Assembly: GCF_037042905.1 (NCBI RefSeq)
Contig: NC_087251.1
Location: 12,092,001 to 12,156,000 of the forward strand
DNA: 64,000 nt
Direction: 5' to 3'
DNA from: Lytechinus pictus
Taxonomy: Eukaryota
In this document: positions 50,019 to 60,991 of the stretch, one piece after another
How positions within the stretch are numbered: position 1 is the first letter of the stretch
How the letters are laid out: each line of letters begins with the position of its first letter
Notes under the pieces: generated by a model
What the model was told of the DNA's origin: nothing
What the model saw: only the letters and a program-made list of their open reading frames with translations
The model's database searches: none
Program-made: the position numbers and the translations under genes

Positions 50019-51876
50019 GTTTTCCCTTCCTCCTCATTTATGTAACAAATATGGGGTCATCCCGGTGACCCGGTCGGTCAGCTCATTAAGGTCATCGCAT
50101 GTAACATGTGTGACCCGGACCAGAGTCCTTAATGTCGGTCCTACTGAATATGCATTCTTCCAATTAAGGTTGTTACAACCCCAAACTTCCCTTGTTTTAG
50201 AGTGAACTGGAAAAATACGTACTTCATAATCTTTCGTTTTTTCACATAACAAATAAAATCAGCTGTCAAATAGGGCCTACCCAGGATTTCATACCATAAA
50301 TGTAAAAAGTCGAGCAGAAATTAAATGTGATCAAGAGAGAGGGGGGGGGGGAGAGAAGCGATAGGGGGATAGGAAGGCGGAGGGGCCGGGATTAACAAAA
50401 AACTTTCAGGACATTGTAATTGTAAAGACTGCATAATTATGTTTCTCCTTCTTTTCAACATAAAATTCAGAAAAGGGTCGATTTTATCCTTGAAGTGGAG
50501 ATAGTTGGAAAGAAACGAAGTGATCGAAGACATACAAGGCTAATTTCCAAGTATATTTTAATTGTAAAACAATCAAAACGAAGTATAACATACTTAAAGG
50601 ATTAATATCAAATTACACGTATATTGATAACGACAGAACTTATCAATGTACGATAAAACTCAACAGAACACATATCGTTGAGCGCACATCACACATGGAA
50701 TGCTTTACTCTATTTACAAATTTACATAACCATGATAACAGTAACAACCATAATACGGGGGGGGGGGGCTAGATTAAACTTTCAAATCATTTGAATATTA
50801 GATTAAAACATTAAGTGGAGCGATGTCCAAGTTTCATGAACCAGATCACAAAAAATTCAAAGTTATGATGCAAATCAACAAATATATGGCCAAAGTTCAT
50901 TGCCCCTAAATGACCTTTGACCTTGGCCATGTGACCTGAAACTCGGGCAGAATTTCCAATAATAGTTAATCACCCTTATGTCAAAGTTTTATGAACTAGG
51001 TCCATATACTTTCTCAGTTATGATGACATTTCAAAAACTGAACCTTTGGTTAAAATTTGATGTTGACGACGCCGCCGTCGCCGGCGGAAAAGCGGTACCT
51101 ATAGTCTCACTCTGCTATGCAGGCGAGACGGAAAAAACCGTTAGGGACAGAGTTATAGATGTCATAAACACATCGTAAATAAGTGGTGTCATTAACTCGA
51201 TGCATACCATGAACCTACTACAACTGCCATTAGCGTACCTAAGGGGGTGGGGCAGACTGCCCCCCCCCCTGACGAGTCACAACACATGCAAGGGACGTAT
51301 CTCTGCCCCCCCCCCCCCCTGACGAGTCAAAACTGATCCCTGACGAGCTAAGTGGGCCCCGCCTTTGAACTTGAAGACAAATAATGAGAATGTTATGAGC
51401 ATTTGAATATTGCGATCACTAATGCCATGGAGATCCTCATATTGGCAATGTGACAAAGATGTGTGATGTCACTTGTGAACAACTCTCCCCATTAGTTTAG
51501 TATATATTTCACTTAAATTGCCTCTTTTATCACATCTATCTGTAGATCATGTGTTCTTTCTGTAGGAGGGCATGTAATACAGATTTTAAAGAATACATCA
51601 TGGATAAAGAGTTTGTATCACCCTAAGAAAGAGCAAAAATTGACATTTTGGTGGTATTTTACAGTCCATCAAAGGGAAAGTTGTTCACATGTGACATCAC
51701 ACATCCTTGTCGCATTGCCAATGGAGGATCTCCATAGCATTAGTGATTGCAATATTCACATGCTCATAACTTTCTCATTATTTGTCCGATTTTTCTCAAA
51801 CTTTCGTTGATCTGTTTATTTTATTTTTCTGTTTCGACACAAGCCTACTTGTTCCAAAGGCTCCATTCTCCTTTAA

Positions 51877-52625
51877 CCCTAAAGAGACTGGGCTATTTCG
51901 ATGCCTAAGAAGACTTGGGGGGGGGGGGGGGGCTGATTCAGCCCCATATGATCTCGACCGCGCGATCGCGACGAAAGTTGGCACGTGCATTACCCATGGC
52001 ATAATCTCCAAGACTGTAGGATCAAATTTTCCGAAAAATCTCATAATTCATTAATTATGCTAATTTATGCGTAAAATCAAACATTTGCTCTAATTAACTA
52101 AATAAGGCCTCTAAACTGCTAATTTTTATTCACAGACTCTTTGAAGGATTCTGATCAAATGTACTTAAAAAAAATTCAATATCACAATTCTTTTTTTATG
52201 TAATTTTATTGTTTTTAAAATTTCTTATGTATTTCTTTGTTTTTCGACTTTTTGTTTTTTATTGTTTTTTCAATGGAAATCGTCCGCTGCTTTATTTTGA
52301 CCATAAACAAGATGAAATTAATTGAGTGTGATTAGTAAAATTGAAAATAATGATACATTTATGAATTTTGGCTAAAAACACAATTTGCATTGGATTTGTA
52401 CACAAATTCACGTTTTTGAGCAATTTCGGGTCGACATGCACTTACAAAATGTTGCGTAATTGCGGAACCACGTACCCGGGCGTCGCAAATTTGGTCTCAA
52501 AAGTTGCGCAAGACTTGAAAGAAAAAGTCATGGAACGGCACGGCGCCAGCTTTTCGCGTTACAGATTTATCGCGAAAAATGTCGAGGGGGGGCTGAATCA
52601 GCCCCCCCCCCCAGTCTTTTTAGGG
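51877..52625. mobile_element. piggyBac-like MITE (intact)
   Basis: TTAA-CCCTAAAGAGACTGGG ... CCCAGTCTTTTTAGGG-TTAA. Confidence 0.9.
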
Positions 52626-53464
52626 TTAAGGTAAGAAACCTTGAAATAAACTTATGAGCTCACTCTTAGTTCGCATATACCGGTACACTGGGCGCTGGGA
52701 ACTTTATTTTTTACTGGGGGTGCTGAAGTAAATTTGATAAGCATAATAAAGGGGTTCACTACAGAATGGAGGTGGCTTCGGTCCCGAGAAATTTGACAAA
52801 AAAAGGATTTTCCTACAAAATGTCGTTCATTTTGGTTACATGTGTGTGCCATGGCATACCTTCCAGGGGGTGCTGCCTATGGAATATAACACACGCAGCA
52901 CCCCAAGGAAAATCTTGGGGTGCCCGCCGCTTCCCAGGGCAATGACTACCTAGTCTGCAGGCACAGATCCTGATTGAAATTTTGATCAGCAAGTGTGTCT
53001 CCACGCAAAGACTAGCACATACAAAACTTGCTGTTTCAATGCAGGCGAGAGGGCCTTCAGTACACAAGGCATGAGTAGGCTGCACATTCAGACCCTTAAC
53101 TCGAGTGAAGGGTTTGCACAGACAGCAGACGAATGACTACCACCAATGTTCGTGAATTCTTATACATAATCTACAGTCCTTAAATGTTTTTTTCATGTCA
53201 GTATAACAAAAAATATCAATATTGACCTCGTGTTTTGGGCTTGCAAAATATTATCGTGACTAATGAATTTCTACGAACAGTCCTGTCCTTTTTCAGTATC
53301 TCAAGGAATTCGCATAGTGAGATAAATCATCGTATTAATGCGTACAATAAACTAAATTAAATTGCCCCTTTCAGGTCAGTATATATATATAAATATCAAA
53401 TTCGCGCTTCACGCTTGCATTGTCAGGTTAGGTCTAATGAATTATAAAAAAAACCCCAAAAATT

Positions 53465-54523
53465 TGACGTGTCCAAAGGACACAGATGCCCCCTCTTAAC
53501 GCGATCAGAAATTCATTCAATATGATTGAACTTAATATCGTGCAGAAACCAATATGCATATATATAATGAACAAATTTAGACCTTTGAACCAATTTGCAT
53601 ATATAATGAGCTGTGACCTCTGACCTGCGGACTCCGAATTCGAACTTAGCTTGCATTTTGCTTGTATTTTGGTGTTATCTACCTACACACCCCAATATTT
53701 CTAAATCTGTTGAATATTTCATAAGTTATCATGCGGAAACCAACTCGCATATATAGTGAGCTGTGACCTGCGGACTCCGAATTGGAACTTAGCAGCTTGT
53801 ATTTTGGTGTCATCTACCTACACACCCCATTTTTTTAAAAATCTGTTGAATATATTTCATAAGTTATCATACGGAAACCAAGTCACATATTTAATGAGCT
53901 GTGACCTTTGACCTGCGGACTCCGAATTCGAACTTAGCCTGTATTTTGGCGTCATCTACCTACACACCCAAATTTTTAAAAATCTGTTGAATATTTCCTA
54001 AGTTATCATGTGGAAACAAACTTGCATATTTAATGAGCTGTGCCACTCGCATATTTAATGAGCTTTGACCTGTGGACTCCGAATTCGAACTTAGCCTGTA
54101 TTTTGGTGTCATCTTCCTACACACCAACAATTTTTAAAATCCATCGAATATTTTTCGAGTTATTGCGTGGAAACCCACTCGCATATTTAATGAGCTGTGA
54201 CCTTTGACCTGCTGACTCCGAATTTGAACTTAGCCTGTATTTTGGTGTCATCTTCCTACACACCAACAATTTTTAAAATCCATCGAATATTTTTCGAGTT
54301 ATTGCGTGGAAACCCACTCGCATATTTAATGAGCTGTGACCTTTGACCTGCGGACTCCGAATTCGAGCTTCGCCTGTATTTTGGTGTCATCTACCTACAC
54401 ACCAAAATTTTCTTAAATCCATCAAATATTTTTCGAGTTATTTCGCGGAAACCGAGTGGGGGACGGACGGACAGGGGCAACGCTTAATGCCCCCTCCGGA
54501 CTTCATCTGCGGGGACATAAAAA
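53465..54523 (-). mobile_element. Second HINE-like element with ~6 internal 139-bp tandem repeats
   Basis: GAGCTGTGACCT recurs at 53608, 53758, 53896, 54035, 54192 and 54331. Terminal hairpin ATGCCCC...GGGGACAT followed by an A-run. Absent from the paralogous position at ~37.9 kb. Confidence 0.7.
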
Positions 54524-54762
54524 ACTTGTATATAATTGTTTAAGCTCTCCCACTCCAACCCGGCTTTTATCTGTTAGAGACAAGAGACAATGCTATACAC
54601 GCATTTTAAAATACCGATTACTGAGTTAGTATAGGCCTACTTTGAATATGTTTTATGAACACCGTTTGGCAAGTTGAACGAATATATCTCTGGAATTGAA
54701 ACATATACAGGGAACTCATTATGGTACTGGGCATCGGATTATGTTTTTTTTTTTCGGTTGCC

Positions 54763-55518
54763 TTAATTTTCTGCAATTCTCCTTATCGGAAAGCCAGTCT
54801 TAAAATGGATTTTCAGTGAGTAAGTTGTGATGTTACATTTCTTTCTAAATTTATCACGCCCGGAACCACCTTTGATATGTTTCCACTGTCTCCATATGTA
54901 CATTAATTTACATGTTAATGGATAAATATTACCAAAATCTACCTGATCTTCTGGGATATGATACCGACGGAGTATGGAAGCAAAACATTTGTGGATATTC
55001 GCATCGTTGATAAATCCCTTGATTTCTCTAACCAAGTTGAACAAAAAGATGTTTGGAACATCAATTTCAATTGTGTGACGCAGATCACCATCATCATCAG
55101 TTGTGTGTACTGGACTGTGTTTGGTTGTTGTAGGCCTATAATTTTCATCAATTCTCCTTATCGGAAACCGACTGCCAGACTTGAAATGGATTTTCAGTGA
55201 GTAAGTTGTGATGTTATACTTCTTTCTAAATTTATCACGCCCGGAACTACCTTTGATATTTTTCCATTGTCTCCATATGTACATTAGTTTACATGTTAAT
55301 GGATATATATTACCAAAATCCACCTGATCTTCTGGGATATGATACCGACGGAGTATGGAAGCAAAACATTTGTGGACATTCCTATCGTTGATAAATCCCT
55401 TGATTTCTCTAACCAAGTTGAACAAAAAGATGTTTGGAACATCGATTACAATTGTATGAGGCAAATTGACATCACTATCAGCTGTGTGCACTGCACTTGC
55501 TTGGCAATCCCCATCCAT
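54763..55518 (-). CDS. Uncharacterised 251-aa basic protein with two near-identical 127-aa repeats (paralogue B)
   Basis: Uninterrupted 756-nt ORF with 381-nt internal repeat spacing. Same MDGDCQASAVHTA start as paralogue A. Upstream acceptor at ~56097. Confidence 0.65.
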   Translation of the reverse strand: MDGDCQASAVHTADSDVNLPHTIVIDVPNIFLFNLVREIKGFINDRNVHKCFASILRRYHIPEDQVDFGNIYPLTCKLMYIWRQWKNIKGSSGRDKFRKKYNITTYSLKIHFKSGSRFPIRRIDENYRPTTTKHSPVHTTDDDGDLRHTIEIDVPNIFLFNLVREIKGFINDANIHKCFASILRRYHIPEDQVDFGNIYPLTCKLMYIWRQWKHIKGGSGRDKFRKKCNITTYSLKIHFKTGFPIRRIAEN

Positions 55519-56644
55519 GTCTACACAGATAATATCGCTTAGAAGAAAACATTAAAGGTTTTATACAAGCTTTTATGACAAGCGTTCAGTAGCATACAAG
55601 ATAGCTATGCCAAATGAAATGAAAGCAGGTTTCAGGAGGGGCTAATACTTAAACCTTCTCTTTGTTAGATTCAATAATTATGAGTTAAGAGTCTATAAAA
55701 ACCGCAGTGAAATATGTTTATAATTATCTAATCTAATATGTCTTTCGATCCTGAATACATCCCTCTTCTCGTTCAATAATGACTGTCTAGTGAGACTTTC
55801 GTAGTGTTGGTGCATGGGGTAGTCGTATCCTGAACAAGTTCGGTTTTCTGGATGCAAGAGAAGGTCCGAAGTCCAGACTGTCCAATGTAAAAAGCCTTTA
55901 CAGTCCATGAGGCATCTCAATGCATGTACTCTCCAATGTAGTATATTCTTTATTCTAAATTACTGTTCAACTTAAAAGGTAGTCAGGTGATCAGGTGGTG
56001 GTGTATAATGTCTGATACTGATGATTTGTCCATGTCGATGAGCCATTACCGTCGACCGTTTGTTCTTCCACTCAGCCGTCAAGTATGTATAAGTTTCTGA
56101 TTGATCAATATGGATAAAAGAAAAAAAAAAGTCATATTATCAGTTTGATTAAAAAACCCAAAATGTTTTAAAGTGGATCAAATACACAGTACATTCATGG
56201 CCCTAGGAAGCGGGGTTGCTGAAGCACCCCCAAGATTTTCCATGGGGGTGCTGCGTGTGTTTTCTCCATAGGCAGCACCCCTTAAATTCTCGTATGCAAA
56301 CTTGAGAAATGTAACCACAATGACCTTAAATTTGTAGTGACTCCATCCCCTGTTTTTTTTTTTTTTTTTGCTTTACAATTTTCTCTGGACAAACACCCCT
56401 TTTTTTTGCTTGTAAAATTTTTCGTGACCAAACTGACTAGCTTCATTATTGCATTGATATCCTTTTTTTGCTTGTCAAACTTACATCAGCACCCCCTGTT
56501 AATAAAAAAATCAATCCCAAGGCCCTGAATACACTCCCGATTTTCACGCTTAGCCCCCCCCCCCCCCCCCCCAAAAAAAAAAAAAAAAAAAAAAAAAAAA
56601 ACGCTGTTTCATTTATTTTATTTCGACACGGTACACGTACTTCA

Positions 56645-56784
56645 GGGGCCCGTTTCATAAAGAGTTACAACTGTTGTAACTTTGCCAATATGGCAACTAC
56701 CTTGGTAACAGGGCTCAGCAGCCAATCAAAATCAAGGTTACCATGGTAGTTGCAATAGTTATAACTTTTTATGAAACAGGCCCC
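56645..56784. mobile_element. Harbinger-like MITE with X-box/CCAAT-like motifs
   Basis: CAG-GGGCCCGTTTCATAAA ... TTTATGAAACAGGCCC-CAG; same family as ~31358-31527. Confidence 0.8.
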
Positions 56785-57949
56785 AGGAAAGGCTATTCTT
56801 CAGAACTTCCGTGTTTATTAGTTTTAAGTATGTTGTTTCAGCCAGTCACTCTATACAAGTAATACAACTATAACAATTATTAAAGTTTTAATCAAGTTAT
56901 TGAAACGTTTAAACGATTTAAAAAATGTTCAGACTTGTTAGAGAGTTAGAGCGCACTGCATGCATGACTGGTTTAAATAACATGCTTGTTTATTTATTTT
57001 TACAGTGATGGGATCTTTAAATTTGTTTTTGTTATTCATTAAATAGTTTTTAACAAATAACAAAAATACAGTTTTAACAATTAATTCATCTGTTTGACCT
57101 TGACCCAGTGACGTATCATTAAATTTAGGTAATCGTAAATTGTGATAACCGACATGTCGGATTGTCCTAGTTTAATTAAATAAGGACTTCATATTTCAAC
57201 AACAAAAATATTTTTTCAGTTCAAAATATCAGCCTTTGGTTAACGTTTTGAAGTTGAAACCAGCTAGTTTACTGACCCTAAAGCTAGGGGTACACCTAAA
57301 CTGAATCAGCTGCAAATTCATCAGAATACACGTATTCGGGTGGATTCGGGAGATTCTGTTTTCCCTCCGCGAATGCGAGAAAATTTGGGAGGGATTCGGG
57401 AACTTGGCCTATACCGTGTCCGTGATCGTCATTATATTACAGTTTATGGTCTTGAAAATAAATATCTTAACTTCGGTCAAGTCTTATTTTATGTTGACAC
57501 CACAACATGGTGAACGTTCATTGAACCTGTTGACCAGAGGCAACACCATGATTTTTGTCATATATAGGGGGCAAGGGGAGGGGCAAAACCTCTGGGGCAG
57601 TTATCCGAGCGCATATTGTGGACTATTTTTTCTTACATAAAAATATTGTATATCGTTAAAACAAAATAATGAAAACTTTAATCCAGAGCAGAATTAATGG
57701 AAAACGGGATATTTCAAGCCCCATTTTGCTAGCTCTTAAGCGGATCTCAGTCCGATCAACGTGCAATTCGAGGACGAAACGTGAGCGAAATTTTCATCTT
57801 CATAAATTATCTGAAAGTATTTCTCTACCGGAATCCCGGCCCGGGACACTGACGAAAATTGGTAATCAACGTTACATGCACTTTTATTTCTAAATGGTTC
57901 TTGTTTTTAATATCAATAATAATAATAACGAGGTGGTTCACGAACCAAC

Positions 57950-58870
57950 CATGATCTTTTGACCCCTACATGACATTTCGGAATCATCCTCATTAACATA
58001 CGTCTTTCCCAAAGATACCGAGTAAGAACACAATTGATGCTAAGTTGAACAAAAAATTGAAAAAAGGATGGACATGACCTCATATGATCATATCATTTGA
58101 CCTTTTAATTCCTAGATGACCTTTGCACCCATCATCCTCATGGACACATGTATTACCCAAGGATCATTTGCATCAAGTGTGAACATTCATGTATCTGATG
58201 CACAAAGAAATGTGAGCGATTTGAACCAAACTTTGACTTTTTGACCCCTGGATGACCCTGACCCCATCGTCCTCATGAACACACATGTAGTATTACCCAA
58301 AGATCATTTGTACCAAGTGTGAACATAACTCATATTTGAACAAAAACTTGACCTTTGGACCCCATGTTCAACAGCACACAGGTGGTATTACCCAAGGATA
58401 ATTTGTAATGAGCGTGAACATAAGTCATAACTGATGCAGAAATAAAGAAATGAGAGCAATTACATGTAGAACAAAAACTTGACCTTTTGACCCTTAGATA
58501 ACCTTTGACCCTTTCATCCTCAACAACACATTACCAAATGATCATTTGAACCAAATGTGATCAAAATTGATGGAGAAATAAAGAAATAAGAACAATTACA
58601 AGATGCACAAAAACTTCAAAAAAGGATGATTATGACCTCATCATTTGACTTTTTGACCCCTAGATGACCTTTGTCCCCATTATCCTAGTGGACACACGAT
58701 CAATTGCACCAAATGTGATATAATTGATACAGAAATAAAGAAATTAGACCAATTGAACAAAACCTTTACCTTTTGACCCCTATATGACCTTTGACCTCAT
58801 CATTCTCATGGGGTCACATGTGATACTACCCAACATATGTACCAAGTATGAACATAATTGATGCAAAAAT
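57950..58870. repeat. Degenerate ~120-165-bp tandem array
   Basis: About 7 units with TTGACCCCTAGATGACCTTTGACCCC and ACCAAGTGTGAACATAATTGATG. Confidence 0.75.
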
Positions 58871-59188
58871 AAACAAGAGGAATGCCTCTGACTGTCTCAC
58901 CTGCATCACGCGATTCAATATAGCAGCAGTGCTGACTTTGAAAACTGCTATAAAACAGGGTTGAATTTTTTTTTTTCATTAAAATAAAACAAATAAAACG
59001 TTTTAAATTGTTTTAAAACGTTTTTTTCCAACGAATGATGCAATTTCATTACCGGTAAATCAATATGCTTTATTTCATTTGAATCAATTATACCAATTTT
59101 AGTGCATGAAATACAAATTCTATTCATATCTATAAATAAAGCCCTTGAACTACTTATTTTTTCTAATTCCTGAGGAATTCTGATAAAA

Positions 59189-60490
59189 AACAAGTGGAAT
59201 GCCTCTGGCGGTCTCACCTGCATCATGCGATTCAATATAGCAGCAGTGCTGACTTTGAAAACTACTATAAAATAATTATTCACAAAAACACCAAATATAA
59301 TGATACAATACTACGTTCATTGATATTTTACCTGATCATGTGACCTAAAACTTGTCAGTGATACTTGATTACCCCTATATCCACATTTTATACACTATAT
59401 CTATAGACTTTAAAAGTTATGACAGCAATCTAATAATTATCTCTAAAATGGCCAAAGTTCAATGACCTTAAATGACCTTTGACTTTTGTCATGTGACCTG
59501 AAACTCGCATGAGATGTTCAGTGATACTTGATGACTCTTATGTCCAAGTTTTATGAACTAGACCAATGTACTTACAGAGTTATGATGGTAATTCAACAAA
59601 TACCCCCAACATGGCCAAAGTCCATTGACCTTTGACCTTGGTCATGTGACCTGAAACTCACACAAGATGTTCAGTGATACTTGGTTACTCTTATACACGT
59701 TTTATGAACTAGACCAATACACTTACACGGATATGATGGTAATTCAACAAATACCCCAAACATGGCCAAAGTTCATTGACCTTAAATGACCTTTGACCTT
59801 GGTCATGTGACCTGAAACTCGGAAAGGATGTTCAAAGATACTTGATTACCCTTATGTCCAAGTTTCTGAATCAGATCCATAAACTTTCGAAGTTTTGATG
59901 GTAATTCAACAGGTACCCCCATTATGGCCAAAGTTCATTGACCTTTGACTTTGGTCAGGTATGGAAACAGGAAGTTCAGTGATACTTCATTACTCTTATG
60001 TCCAAGTTTTATGAACTAGACCAATAAACTTTAAAAGTTATGATGGTAATTCAACAAAGTTCATTGACCCTAAATGACCTTTGACCTTGGTCATGTGACG
60101 TGGAACTCAAGCAGGATGTTTAGTAATACTTGATTAACCTTATGTCCAAGTTTCATGAACTAGGTCCATATATTTTCTAAGTTATGATGACATTTCAAAA
60201 ACTTAACCTGAGGTTAAGATTTTGTTGTTGATTCCCCCAACATGGTCTACATGTAAGTTCATTGACCCTAATGACCTTTGACCTTGGTCATGTGACGTGA
60301 AACTCAGGCAGGATGTTAAGTAATACTTGATTAACGTTATGGCCAAGTTTCATGAACTAGGTCCATATACTTTCTAAGTTATGCTGTCATTTCAAAACTT
60401 AACCTTCTGTTAAGATTTGGTGTTGACGCCGCCGCCGCCGTCGGAAAAGCGACGCCTACAGTCTCACTCTGCTATGCAGGTGAGACAAAA
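59189..60490 (-). mobile_element. HINE-like element (same family as 23541-24552) with internal tandem repeats; an extra 3'-end fragment lies at 58871-58950
   Basis: Subterminal IRs GTCTCACCTGCAT (59211) / ATGCAGGTGAGAC (60474); colinear reverse-complement homology with 23541-24552. Confidence 0.8.
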
Positions 60491-60991
60491 ATGTTGTTTT
60501 GGAGCACTCTACATTTGAGTAGGATGCTTACGATAACAGTTAATACTATACATTTCATGCGTGTTGTTTTTAGTTTTGAACATTTTGGGGGGAGGGAGCG
60601 GCAGTCAAATATATTGCTGTACTCACGCGTGACCCAAAAAACGTGTTTAAAGGGGTGTTTTTTCAGTTTTGGACGCGGGCTGCGCTTGCACTAGTCCACC
60701 TCTTGGACTGTTGTTATTTGGTACGATACGACTACCAAACACATAACACACTACATCCCCAGAACACGCATACACACATCCCAGATTTTTTTCGGGGAAA
60801 GTGAATCAGTGGGTTAGGTGAATCAGTGGGTTAGGCGAATCACTGGGGGTAAGTGAATCAGTGGAGGGCGTGTGTGTGTTGGATATGCACAGAGATACGA
60901 TCTTACGTATAAGCTCCCGAAGGGAGCTAGAGAGGGAACTCTTTCCGCGCGTTTTTATTTCCCATAGGTTTTGTACATAGCCAACATGGCT

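Noticed and set aside
49825..50205. Poly-Ile/poly-His ORF
   Set aside because: Translation of an (ATC)n microsatellite.
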